NCBI GenBank assembly: GCA_964514445.1
Contig: CAZERJ010000004.1
Coordinates: 23,666 to 47,665 of the forward strand
Origin: an uncultured bacterium
Lineage (GTDB): Bacteria; Vulcanimicrobiota; Vulcanimicrobiia; Vulcanimicrobiales; Vulcanimicrobiaceae
Length of the DNA: 24,000 bases
Direction: 5' to 3'
The position numbers and the translations under genes were made by a program. This document shows, one piece after another, positions 1 through 8,554 of the stretch (the first letter of the stretch is position 1; each line of letters starts with the position of its first letter). Under the pieces are notes generated by a model that was not told the DNA's origin, ran no database searches, and saw only the letters and a list, made by a program, of their open reading frames with translations.

Positions 1-14
1 CGGCGGAGGAACTG

Positions 15-956
15 GTGTTCGCGGCTCCATTCATCTTAAGTGCGCTGACGCTCGCGCCGGCGCCGGCGCCCGACCCGTATCAACTGTTTGCGCACGCGCG
101 CGAGAAATGGGCTGCGCGGCGCTATCCGCATTACCTCGCGTACACGGTCGCCGTTCAAGTCAGCGAAAACGGCGTTGCGAAGAGTAACCACTATCACCTC
201 ACGTTCGATACCACGCTTGGCAAAGTCGACGTGAACCCCATAAGCGACGAAGAACACGCCGCGCCACCGCAAGCCACGGGCGCGACGATTCATCTGCTGC
301 CGAAGCGTCAGGGGAAGGCGATCATCGACAAGCGCGTTGGCGCCGCTCCCGACGCCGTAGATTATTTAGGCGTTCCGGTGATCGCGCCGACATATACATT
401 CGGCATGCTGCCGCATGCGACGATACTTTCGCTTTCCGTGAACGGCATCGACAGCGATGCGCTGGTGCAGCAAATCCGCAATGAGTTTCACGATCCGATG
501 CCGCCCGTGAAAGCCGAACAATTGCAGAATACCGGCACCGTGAAGTCGATCGCTTCCGTCATCTCGACCGCGCGCAGCTACGACGTGACCTATGCGGGCA
601 TGGACGCCGTCGATGGCGTGCAATGCTATCATCTGCTGCTGCATCCCGCTGTTGCGCGCCCATATTTGCGTCTTCGCGAGCTATGGATCGATCCGGCGAC
701 GAATTTGACGCTGCAACTGATTACCGCGGGTAACTTCAGTGTAGCTAATGTTCCATGGCGCGTGAAATTTGCGCATGCGGGCGACGCGACGTACATCCTT
801 TCCGAAGAAGCGCTTGCGCCCGTGGTCTTCAACGAACATCGCTACGAGCACGCGGTGGTTTCGTTTAACGACGTCACAGCCATCGATCGGCCTGCGCGTG
901 CTATCGGAAGTTTTTTCCTCTCGAAAAACCTGATGATGTCTGAGCCGGAGTTCTAG
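15..956 (+). CDS. Hypothetical secreted protein; start uncertain, possibly 5'-partial
   Basis: 942-nt ORF. GGAGGA at 5-10 lies 4 nt before GTG-15, but the frame stays open back to position 3, so the gene may begin upstream of the window. The N-terminus is hydrophobic (FAAPFILSALTLAPAPAP). The segment YHLLLHPAVARPYLRLRELWIDPATNLTLQL is reminiscent of LolA-like lipoprotein-sorting folds, but I cannot confirm this. Confidence 0.55.
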   Translation: MFAAPFILSALTLAPAPAPDPYQLFAHAREKWAARRYPHYLAYTVAVQVSENGVAKSNHYHLTFDTTLGKVDVNPISDEEHAAPPQATGATIHLLPKRQGKAIIDKRVGAAPDAVDYLGVPVIAPTYTFGMLPHATILSLSVNGIDSDALVQQIRNEFHDPMPPVKAEQLQNTGTVKSIASVISTARSYDVTYAGMDAVDGVQCYHLLLHPAVARPYLRLRELWIDPATNLTLQLITAGNFSVANVPWRVKFAHAGDATYILSEEALAPVVFNEHRYEHAVVSFNDVTAIDRPARAIGSFFLSKNLMMSEPEF

Positions 957-979
957 CGCCGCAGCAAGAAAACGGCGCT

Positions 980-3037
980 ATGAAGACTGAACGCTTCGGC
1001 GCTTTTGCTGTTGTTTTTTCTCTGGTTCTCTCGCTCGGCGCAAACGCTGCCTCGCCGGGAATTATCGGGTGGGCTTCCGGTCCGCAAGTTGGCACGGAAC
1101 TTCAGTTCGAGCAAATGATGATGAGCGTTCCGAGTCCGGCGCGCGCGATGGAGATCGAACATCATCTCTCGATGGTGCCGCACCGGGCGGGCTCGCCGGC
1201 CGATTATGCGACGGCGAAGTTCGTTGAAGCGCGGCTGAAAGCCGACGGATTTGAAACGCGCATCGTGCCGTACAGCGTGTGGTTCACCGGCCCGGTCGTG
1301 CAGCAACTCGATCTCGTCGCTCCTACGCCCCATCACTTCGATCTGCTCGAAGGCACCGCGCCGCATACAAAGTGGGAGCGCATGGCGGGTCCCGCGTTTT
1401 TGGAAAACTCAGGCGACGGCGATGTCACCGGACCGCTGTACTACGTCAACACCGCATCGAAAGACGATCTTGCGAAGCTCGACGAGCTGCACGTGAACCT
1501 GCATGGTGCGGTGGTCGTGCTGCGTCTGGGCGCGCCCGGTAGTGCCGGTTTCCGAAATGTCGATCCGAAATTCAATTCATACAAAGAACTCGCTGCGCGT
1601 GGCGTCGCGGCGATCCTCGAGTTTATGGATCCCGCGACGACGGGTTACGGCGGCGGCGCTACGTGGCCGAACGGCAATTACAAGAATTTGAACATGGCCG
1701 AACGCATGGGCGGGCCGAGTCCCGCAAACGGCTTTATGAGTGGTGCGGCGCCGGGCGATCCGACGCTGCCGGGTAAAGCGCCGGTTCCGGGCGCTGCGCA
1801 CTTGCCGTGGAGCGAGGTGCCGCATGCAACGATTCCGGAGCTGAGTATCACCGCCGGTATCGCGCGCACGCTGCTCGCCGGCATGGACGGCAAAACCGTT
1901 CCGCAAGCGTGGCATCCGATGTTCGAGTTCGTGCAACACATCGGCGGCAACGAGCACGTGCACGTGAAAGTGCGCATGACGCGACGCCTCACGACGATTT
2001 GGAATGTGTTCGGCGATATCAAAGGTTCGGAGCAACCCGGCTCGATCGTCATGATCGGCAGCCATCGTGATGCGATGACGTTCGGCGCCATCGATCCCGG
2101 CAGCGGTACCACGGTGATGATGCAAGATGCCGACGCACTGCATAAACTCGTGCAAAACGGTTATCGCCCGAAGCGCACGATCGAGATCGCGTCGTGGGAT
2201 GGTCACGAATTAGGCCTGTACGGATCTGTGTCGTACATTTACCAATACGGTGCAGAGCTGCGTAAGAATGTTTTTCAATACATCAATACCGATCAGCTCA
2301 CCACGGGCACGCCGTTTATCATCAGTTCGACGCCCGGACTTTGGGCGTTCATCAAACAAGCCGCGGATCTGGTTCGCGGACCCGACGGTTTGCCGCTGAG
2401 CGCACACGATACAAAAGACGAGCCGCTGCTTCGAGCGATGGGCGGCGGATCGGATCATCAAAACTTCGCCTACATGCTGGGCGTACCGAGCTCGTCGAAC
2501 GGCTTTTACGGCGCATTCGGTGCGCACCATACTGCCGAAGACAACATCGACGGACTGCGCACGTACGATCCGGGCATGAAAGAAGCCGTTGTTACCGCGC
2601 AAGTGACGGCGCTACAGGCGATGCGCGCGGCGGGAGCAACGGTCGATCCACTGCGGATTTCCGAGATGCCAAAACAGCTGAAGAGCGATTTGCCGGCGTT
2701 CGTGGCGATCGCCGGCGGCAAGGTCAAAACCGATGCCCTAGCATCGGCCCTGAGCGACTTCTCGAGCGCGGCTGCGGCGCAAGATAAGGCCATGGCGGCG
2801 GCCGAGGCGGCCGGCGATGCGCACGCGATGCAGCAGATTGCAGTGAAGGAACACGCGGCGCGCGATGCATTTTTCGTGCCGGCGGGCTTATCGTTCAACG
2901 GCTATTACCACTCGCTGGACCGCGTTTTCACGAGTTTCCCGGAAGTGATTTTCGCCGGGCCTGACGCGAAAGCGCAACAGGACGCCGTCGATCGCTTCAC
3001 GACCGCAGTTCAAAACGCAACCGCGGCGCTTCGATGA
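980..3037 (+). CDS. M28-family metallopeptidase with PA domain and TfR-like C-terminal region (glutamate carboxypeptidase II-like)
   Basis: 685-aa ORF with a signal peptide (FGAFAVVFSLVLSLGANAASP). M28 metal-ligand contexts are present: GSHRDAMTFGAIDPGSGT, SWDGHELGLYGS and GGGSDHQNF. The length and the helical C-terminus match the PA + M28 + transferrin-receptor-like dimerisation architecture. Confidence 0.9.
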   Translation: MKTERFGAFAVVFSLVLSLGANAASPGIIGWASGPQVGTELQFEQMMMSVPSPARAMEIEHHLSMVPHRAGSPADYATAKFVEARLKADGFETRIVPYSVWFTGPVVQQLDLVAPTPHHFDLLEGTAPHTKWERMAGPAFLENSGDGDVTGPLYYVNTASKDDLAKLDELHVNLHGAVVVLRLGAPGSAGFRNVDPKFNSYKELAARGVAAILEFMDPATTGYGGGATWPNGNYKNLNMAERMGGPSPANGFMSGAAPGDPTLPGKAPVPGAAHLPWSEVPHATIPELSITAGIARTLLAGMDGKTVPQAWHPMFEFVQHIGGNEHVHVKVRMTRRLTTIWNVFGDIKGSEQPGSIVMIGSHRDAMTFGAIDPGSGTTVMMQDADALHKLVQNGYRPKRTIEIASWDGHELGLYGSVSYIYQYGAELRKNVFQYINTDQLTTGTPFIISSTPGLWAFIKQAADLVRGPDGLPLSAHDTKDEPLLRAMGGGSDHQNFAYMLGVPSSSNGFYGAFGAHHTAEDNIDGLRTYDPGMKEAVVTAQVTALQAMRAAGATVDPLRISEMPKQLKSDLPAFVAIAGGKVKTDALASALSDFSSAAAAQDKAMAAAEAAGDAHAMQQIAVKEHAARDAFFVPAGLSFNGYYHSLDRVFTSFPEVIFAGPDAKAQQDAVDRFTTAVQNATAALR

Positions 3038-3081
3038 AACATTAAGATCGCAAAGGTTGCGCTTTCCGCGCATTATGACCG

Positions 3082-3101
3082 GCGCTTGACGCGCGCTTGA
3101 C
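3082..3101 (+). repeat. Tandem direct repeat GCGCTTGAC x2 with 11-bp period; a third CTTGAC lies at 3114-3119
   Basis: GCGCTTGAC occurs at 3082-3090 and again at 3093-3101. CTTGAC at 3114-3119 abuts the terminator stem. All copies lie between the peptidase stop and its terminator. Confidence 0.5.
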
Positions 3102-3120
3102 AACGACTGCAAACTTGACC

Positions 3121-3155
3121 GCAAAAGCCCGGTTTTACCGGGCTTTTGCATTTTC
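3121..3155 (+). terminator. Rho-independent terminator of the M28 peptidase gene
   Basis: Perfect 12-bp stem GCAAAAGCCCGG (3121-3132) / CCGGGCTTTTGC (3138-3149), loop TTTTA, followed by ATTTTC. Confidence 0.8.
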
Positions 3156-3322
3156 GGCCGCTTGTTGCGAGCCGCAGTGCGCCCGATAGTCTGTAGAGCA
3201 ACTCAGCGTGCGCGCGCAACCGAGGAAGATGCCGTGACCATTCGTATTTGGGGGCCGAGTCGTTTGTGTGCCACTACGTACACATGCGAGTCGCTCGTAT
3301 AGTCATTAACCGGGAGGGGTTT

Positions 3323-5002
3323 TTGCTTTTCAAACGTTACGCGCCGCTGTTTGCGGTAGCGAGTTTACTCGTTTTAGCGTCAGCGTGCGGCCATGCGTCC
3401 AGTGCGCTGCCGTCCGTTACGAACGCTGTACCGGACGCTCAACTGAGCGACCCAACCGCTACAAATAGCACCATCGCGGCACCTACGACAATGTCGTACT
3501 CGCAAAGTGGTTCGACGCTCACCATAACCGGTCCGATTGCTGCGGTACTGAGCAGCACAAAATTTGAAATTAGCGCAGGCACGGGCTGCGGTTCACTCAA
3601 CGTTACAACGACGTCGTCGACGACGTTCAGTCCGTCCGGCGCGAAGCCGGTCGCCGGTGAAACGGTGACGGCAAAGGGCACCGGAAGCTGTGCCACTTCG
3701 CTTACCGCCACAAGCGTCACGGTCTCGTCGACAACCTCAACGCCGGCGCCCACTCAGCCGGCGAGCTCAACCATCACATCGAGCTACGCGACGACACCGT
3801 TTATGCCCAGCAGCCTTGGCAAGATCAGCGCATTCCAGATCTTTGACCAAACCAGCAACGGCACCATCACCGCGGGTACGGCTGAAGTTGACGGCCTGCG
3901 GTACTCCTCTGTATGGGGTGCTCGTCCCGGCATGGGTTCACCGTGGCGCGTGAGCAACAGCGCGCTCAAAAGCTCTTACTACATGCTGATGGATACCGAC
4001 ATGAGCACCAGCGGGTGGGGCGCCATTGGCCACTCGCTCACGTGGTGGAAGACGTATCATCCGGACTGGATCATGTACGCATGCACGTCCACCGGTACGC
4101 CGACGACCACGCCCGCGTACGATGACGGTTTGCCGAACGTTCCGCTCGATATTCATAATCCCGCGGTCGTTCAGTATCAAGTCGCGCAACAGGCAGCTCC
4201 CTATGCGCATCGCAACGGCTACACGGCACTTGCCTTCGATCAAGTTGATTTCTGGTTCGCCGGCTCAGGCGGTCCCGGATATTACCCGTGCGGCATTTAC
4301 AGCGGCGGCAAGTTCGTGCGCCGTTACACCAGCAAGAGCGATCCGAATTGGGCAATCGATGTCGTGAACTGGGTGAAAGCTGCGCATGCCATTCTGCACA
4401 GCAACTCAACAATCGCACCGTACGGCCTGAAGATGATCGTCAGTCATCCGGGCGAGAACATCACGACGAACGAAATCAATTTGCTCGCCAACACCGATGC
4501 GGTTTTGGACGAAACCGGGTTTACAAACTACGGCAAATATCTGATGCCGAGCGTGGCTCCGGTGGAGCGCGAAGCGAATTGGATGCGGTACGCGCAAGCG
4601 CACGGTACCGCGGTGCTCATCAATAACGATTGGGGATCGATCGCAATGGGCGCAGCGCAGAAAGACTACTCGATTGCCACGTATCTGCTGGGCAACGAAC
4701 AAGCGGCGTCGCTGTTTGCTTCTTCTCATACCGGCTACGGCATCGAAAACTGGTATCCGGAGTACTCCACGACGACGGGTAGGGCATGCGGCGAATACTA
4801 CGCCGGAACGGCACCGGGAATTCTCTACCGGAAATTCGCCGACGCACTCGTCGTGGTCAACGCCGGCGGTAGCGGCACGCAGCGCGCTGCGCTTCCGTCC
4901 GGCCACACGTACGTAGACATCGAACGGCGCAGCGTTAGCAACCCGCTAACGATTGCGCCTAACGACGGCTACGTTTTGAAAACGGTGAACGGCTGCTTGT
5001 AG
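3323..5002 (+). CDS. Lipoprotein with Ser/Thr-rich linker and GH114-like / GHL-type TIM-barrel putative glycoside hydrolase domain
   Basis: The track ORF starts at 3248, but GGGAGGGG (3312-3319) sits just before TTG-3323. That start gives MLFKRYAPLFAVASLLVLASAC-GHASS, a lipoprotein-type signal with a near-canonical lipobox (Ala rather than Leu at -3). A Thr/Ser-rich linker follows (TTTSSTTFSPS...SSTTSTPAPTQPASSTITSS). The C-terminal part (PLDIHNPAVVQYQVAQQAAPYAHRNGYTALAFDQVDFW) resembles the 'DIRNP...GFDG...D..D' core of GH114-like hydrolases. A TATAGT -10-like hexamer lies at 3298-3303. Confidence 0.7.
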   Translation: MLFKRYAPLFAVASLLVLASACGHASSALPSVTNAVPDAQLSDPTATNSTIAAPTTMSYSQSGSTLTITGPIAAVLSSTKFEISAGTGCGSLNVTTTSSTTFSPSGAKPVAGETVTAKGTGSCATSLTATSVTVSSTTSTPAPTQPASSTITSSYATTPFMPSSLGKISAFQIFDQTSNGTITAGTAEVDGLRYSSVWGARPGMGSPWRVSNSALKSSYYMLMDTDMSTSGWGAIGHSLTWWKTYHPDWIMYACTSTGTPTTTPAYDDGLPNVPLDIHNPAVVQYQVAQQAAPYAHRNGYTALAFDQVDFWFAGSGGPGYYPCGIYSGGKFVRRYTSKSDPNWAIDVVNWVKAAHAILHSNSTIAPYGLKMIVSHPGENITTNEINLLANTDAVLDETGFTNYGKYLMPSVAPVEREANWMRYAQAHGTAVLINNDWGSIAMGAAQKDYSIATYLLGNEQAASLFASSHTGYGIENWYPEYSTTTGRACGEYYAGTAPGILYRKFADALVVVNAGGSGTQRAALPSGHTYVDIERRSVSNPLTIAPNDGYVLKTVNGCL

Positions 5003-5024
5003 TTGATCTAAGCCGGCAACGTAC

Positions 5025-5064
5025 AAAAGAAGACGCCGGGCGATTTGCCCGGCGTTCTTTTTTA
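5025..5064. terminator. Bidirectional rho-independent terminator
   Basis: Stem ACGCCGGGC (5033-5041) / GCCCGGCGT (5047-5055), loop GATTT. TCTTTTTT follows on the + strand. AAAAGAAG precedes it, which reads as CTTCTTTT after the hairpin on the - strand. It sits between the convergent + gene (stop 5002) and the minus-strand cluster (small ORF stop 5062). Confidence 0.8.
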
Positions 5065-5229
5065 GTCGATAAGATTTTCGTCGTGGTCGCTGCGTATCAC
5101 CGGCACCGAGCGTTTTACACGGGCCATGTGGTTTTGAATTTCTTCGTCCAGATGCGTGATGTCGGAGCCGAGGCGCTCGAGCCGGCTTCTTATGTCTCTA
5201 AAGTCCAAGTTTTGTGGTTCTGGTGTCAT
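5062..5229 (-). CDS. Candidate small protein (55 aa), absent from the ORF track
   Basis: My own translation of the minus strand gives ATG(5229) MTPEPQNLDFRDIRSRLERLGSDITHLDEEIQNHMARVKRSVPVIRSDHDENLID, with TAA at 5064-5062. The stop directly abuts the bidirectional terminator. An extended -10-like TGGTATTGT (5283->5275, minus strand) lies about 45 nt upstream. The Shine-Dalgarno is weak (GGGA next to the ATG). It is co-oriented with and downstream of the 895-aa regulator. Confidence 0.35.
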   Translation of the reverse strand: MTPEPQNLDFRDIRSRLERLGSDITHLDEEIQNHMARVKRSVPVIRSDHDENLID

Positions 5230-5326
5230 TCCCGAAGTCGCTACCTACAAAAAATTGAAGGCCTGTTGGCGTACACAATACCACATTTTGCGGGCGGCTA
5301 AACCGCAGTAACTACCTAGCGGATGG

Positions 5327-8014
5327 CTAAGCGATCTCGGCGACGAGCGCTTTGAAACCCGCGTCCAACGTTGGACGGACGCCGTGCTCTTTGACGGTGG
5401 CCAGGTACTTGCGATATGCGTGCGCAGCCGCTCGCCTCTGTCCGGTTTGAAGGAGCGCGCGAATCCGTAGCTCCCACGCCGTTTCGTCGCACGGATCGGC
5501 GTCGAACATCATCTTCGCCAGCTCACCGGCCCACAGCGTGTCGTTTGCCTCGATCGCGTCGCGCGCCAGCGCTGCACCAAGCTCCATGGCAAGGTTTTGA
5601 AGCGCGCCGTTCGTTCCGGTAAACCACTCGTAATCGGCAAGGTGCGAGGGAATGCCGTTCATGATACCGCTGTAAAACTCAAACAACTCGTTTCGCTTTG
5701 CACGTAGCAGCTCGTTATCTTTGAACGCCGCTTCACAGATGGGTCGCATGTCGCGAAAATCGCATCCGATATGTTCGCCGATGACGTAACGATTTTTCGA
5801 AATCGCGACGACATTCGGATCGCCCGTCTGGATCCGCGCACGCCGAATCGTCATCTTGAGCGCATTGGCCGCTTCTTGTGGATCTTGGCCCGGCCACAGC
5901 ATCTCGCAGAGTTCGTCGCGCTCGACGGGCCGCTGTTTGACGGCCAGTGCAACCAGTACATCGAAGACGCGCCGCGAGACGTTGATTGCCACCCCCTTGC
6001 GTTCAACAGTGCCCTTGGTAATGCACAGCGCCAAAGGTCCGTCGGCCTCACCTTCGCCCGCCATTGCGCGGTAGTGCTGAACGAGGCCATGCAGCGGCTC
6101 GCCGGGCGCGGGCGATTCGCCGGTCCGAAGCCGCTCGAGGGAAGATCCTAACTTGCCGGACGTCTCCAGACGATCGCAGATCAGTTGCGCCTCTGCAATC
6201 AATGCATCGCGTTTTTGCGGAACGAGCTCCGCGATCGCGGCACGCAGAATAATGCGGCCGATGAGTGCGCCGGAAACGTCGACGTTCTCGAGCGCGGCCG
6301 TCAGGCGAAGCAGCGCTTCATCGACCGAGCCCGAGTAAAACGCTTCCATCGCGTGCATATTCGCGCGCCAGACCGCCGTGCCCAGGCGCGGAACGTCTTG
6401 ATCGAACGGTGCATCGGCGATTGCGGAATACGCGGCAAATTCCCGGACGTTATGGCGTTCTGCAAACGAGCGCAGCGTCTTGCGCGCGTGGTCGGCGGTT
6501 GTGCGATCGCCTGCAAGCATCGCGCCGTTCGCTAATTCATGCATTGCGGCGGCATGTTCGGTTGCGGAGATCGATGCAGCCAAATCGATGCCGCGCAGCA
6601 GAAATGTTTTCTCGGCCTCCCAATTGCCGTCCATGCGTGCGCGCCGGACATTGATGGCGTTGAGCGCCGCTGCAACCTTCGGTAAAGCCGCAAATTCGCG
6701 CGGCACATTCTTCAGAACGTTCGTCGCTTGCGTCAACGAACACCGTAATGTCAGCGCGCTCGCCCACAATGCCGCGACGATCGCATCCGCGGCATTTGTT
6801 GAAACGCCGTCCGGCTCAACTAATGCACCAAATGCCGCGTCGGACTCCTCGAATTCCCCGCTTTCGCCAAGCATGAACGCGACCAGAGCTCGAAGCATTT
6901 TGACGACCTGCGCATCTTCGCTCGCCTCGCACCAAGCCAGCAATACTTGGCCCTCGGCGAGCATAACGTGCGAATCGACGTAGAGCCGGCGGAACGACCA
7001 CGAACCGATCCACAAGCGCGGATTTGCCGTTAGTAAACTTTCCGGTATCGCCTGAAGAATCTCGATCGTGTGCGCATCCGGCTGCAACAATTCGCCGGGA
7101 GCGCGGGCAAGATATTCGGCGGCATCCGCGGGACGGCCGGTGTTGAGCGCAACCGTCGCGGCCGAGGTATAATCTTCGCGCTCGAGCAGTGATTCGATCG
7201 TAGACAACGCATACGAGTGCATGTCTTCAGGGCACAAATCCGCGAGCGTCGCCGATAGCAGCGGCGTAAGAACGAGCCGGCCGTCGCGCTCGATGAGCAA
7301 ACGGCGATGCTGCAAATTTCGCAAGCCGGCGGCGATATTGCAGGCCGGCAGCGCCTCCTGGAGGGCTTCTTCGCGCGTATCACCGATCGCGGAGGCGGTC
7401 ATGAGAACGGCGAGTTCTTCGACGGGCAGCGTTGCGACGATCCGGTTGTACACGAAACGCCGTAGGGGCGAATACGCGTTCGAATGTAAATTGCGCGCGG
7501 CCGATTCGCCTTCAGTGCGCAAAACGCGGCGCAGGAACGCTACGGCGCCGGCATGCCCGCCTGTCTGTTCGAAAGCAAAACGCGCCAGCGACATCGACGT
7601 CGATACTGTGGCGCCACGCAAAAATTCCGCGATTTCGTCGACGGTAAATGCGAGATCGGTGTCGTCGAAAAGACACACCTGCATGGCACTCTTGGAGCGA
7701 AACGGATGCGGCGCTGACGAATCCGTTCCAACGGCAACGGCGAGTTTACCCTGTGCGGGCGATTCCGACAACGCATCATACTGCGCCGCCTCGGCCGCCG
7801 ACAGTTCGTCCCATTTTGGTAAGAGCGAAATGCAACCGTAACCAAACAGTTCAGCCAGCTGGCTCAGAAAATGGCTTCGGCCGGATCCCGGCTGCGCCAC
7901 AATGTACACGTACCGAACCTCTGGGTCCGATACGCGTGCGAGAAGCCGCGCCCGTTTCACACTACACCCCCTAGCCGTGACTAGATCCATGTCCCCCGAA
8001 CGGTTACGCTTCAT
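5327..8014 (-). CDS. Large STAND-like regulator, paralog 1: MalT-like P-loop NOD + helical repeats + C-terminal OmpR/SARP-type winged helix + complete BTAD
   Basis: 895-aa ORF.
- P-loop context: VRYVYIVAQPGSGRSHFL.
- Walker-B-like: QVCLFDDTD.
- MalT-like arm: LRRFVYNRIVATLPVEELAVLMTASAIGD...LQHRRLLIE.
- C-terminal wHTH: INVSRRVFDVLVALAVKQRPVERDELCEMLWP...ANALKMTIRRARIQ.
- BTAD-like end: ADYEWF...DADPCDETAWELRIRALLQTGQRRAAAHAYRKYLATVKEHGVRPT.
- Alternative start: ATG-7990 (MDLVTARG...). Confidence 0.9.
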   Translation of the reverse strand: MKRNRSGDMDLVTARGCSVKRARLLARVSDPEVRYVYIVAQPGSGRSHFLSQLAELFGYGCISLLPKWDELSAAEAAQYDALSESPAQGKLAVAVGTDSSAPHPFRSKSAMQVCLFDDTDLAFTVDEIAEFLRGATVSTSMSLARFAFEQTGGHAGAVAFLRRVLRTEGESAARNLHSNAYSPLRRFVYNRIVATLPVEELAVLMTASAIGDTREEALQEALPACNIAAGLRNLQHRRLLIERDGRLVLTPLLSATLADLCPEDMHSYALSTIESLLEREDYTSAATVALNTGRPADAAEYLARAPGELLQPDAHTIEILQAIPESLLTANPRLWIGSWSFRRLYVDSHVMLAEGQVLLAWCEASEDAQVVKMLRALVAFMLGESGEFEESDAAFGALVEPDGVSTNAADAIVAALWASALTLRCSLTQATNVLKNVPREFAALPKVAAALNAINVRRARMDGNWEAEKTFLLRGIDLAASISATEHAAAMHELANGAMLAGDRTTADHARKTLRSFAERHNVREFAAYSAIADAPFDQDVPRLGTAVWRANMHAMEAFYSGSVDEALLRLTAALENVDVSGALIGRIILRAAIAELVPQKRDALIAEAQLICDRLETSGKLGSSLERLRTGESPAPGEPLHGLVQHYRAMAGEGEADGPLALCITKGTVERKGVAINVSRRVFDVLVALAVKQRPVERDELCEMLWPGQDPQEAANALKMTIRRARIQTGDPNVVAISKNRYVIGEHIGCDFRDMRPICEAAFKDNELLRAKRNELFEFYSGIMNGIPSHLADYEWFTGTNGALQNLAMELGAALARDAIEANDTLWAGELAKMMFDADPCDETAWELRIRALLQTGQRRAAAHAYRKYLATVKEHGVRPTLDAGFKALVAEIA

Positions 8015-8216
8015 GGAAAGCCGTAATGAGCGTTGACTAAACCGATTCTTTTACGCCGCTACTCGCAGCGGACCAGAATCGTAAAGCCAACCGTTCTTAA
8101 CCTTCACGTTAACCGGGGACGTTTGTAATCCTCGGTACCAGCCGAAGTCTACAAACTCTTTGCATGGAATTTACACGACGTCGAAGCGCCGGTGAGCCTG
8201 CGCTGGGACTTATCGC

Positions 8217-8537
8217 CTACGCGCGGTGATCGACGTTATTGTGATAGTAGTACGCGTTGATGAACGGAGGTAACAGTGCGGCAGATTCGCGGCCGACGGC
8301 ATTGACGAGGTCGGCTGCGTGTTTCATGCTATCGCACTCCTGAGCCGCACCCGCAAGCGCCTGCGTGATGAGGTTCGCCGACTTTTCGCCGTATTTCCGC
8401 ACGAAATTTGAAACCTTCACTGAATTGCGCGAGATCATCCACGCGTGAAACCGGACGTCGGCGGCAAAGACGCCGGCGCTGATTTGGTCGCCCAAAGGCG
8501 ATCTCTGATTGGGCATGGTGGTCGAGAAATAAGACAT
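8217..8537 (-). CDS. Hypothetical cytoplasmic protein, 106 aa
   Basis: This is the internal ATG-8537 of track ORF 8217..8729. GGAAGGAA lies about 8 nt upstream, and the start is 17 nt after the stop of the upstream lipoprotein gene (8555). Third codon positions are GC-rich. It begins MSYFSTTMPNQRSPLGDQ... and I recognise no family. The 5' extension of the track ORF overlaps the lipoprotein gene and is Arg-rich junk. Confidence 0.55.
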   Translation of the reverse strand: MSYFSTTMPNQRSPLGDQISAGVFAADVRFHAWMISRNSVKVSNFVRKYGEKSANLITQALAGAAQECDSMKHAADLVNAVGRESAALLPPFINAYYYHNNVDHRA

Positions 8538-8554
8538 CCTGAGTTCCTTCCGTG

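Noticed and set aside
1251-3151. Numerous 60-210-aa ORFs overlapping the M28 peptidase gene on both strands
   Set aside because: They show the same GC-rich shadow-ORF signature, and the 685-aa frame carries all the M28 motifs.
5083-5301. 72-aa + strand ORF in the gap after the bidirectional terminator
   Set aside because: It starts immediately downstream of a terminator, has no RBS, and has odd composition. It is the antisense shadow of the better-supported 55-aa minus-strand ORF and the regulator's 3' flank.
8015-8216. Search for a promoter, GACAC-type repeats or a terminator upstream of the 895-aa regulator
   Set aside because: I found only weak features: a 5-bp hairpin CCGCT..AGCGG with no U-tract, loosely repeated CGTT(C)TTAACC / CGTTAACC, and CGTTTGT shared with 11852-11858. 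There is no GACAC copy and no convincing -35/-10 pair, which is not enough to call.
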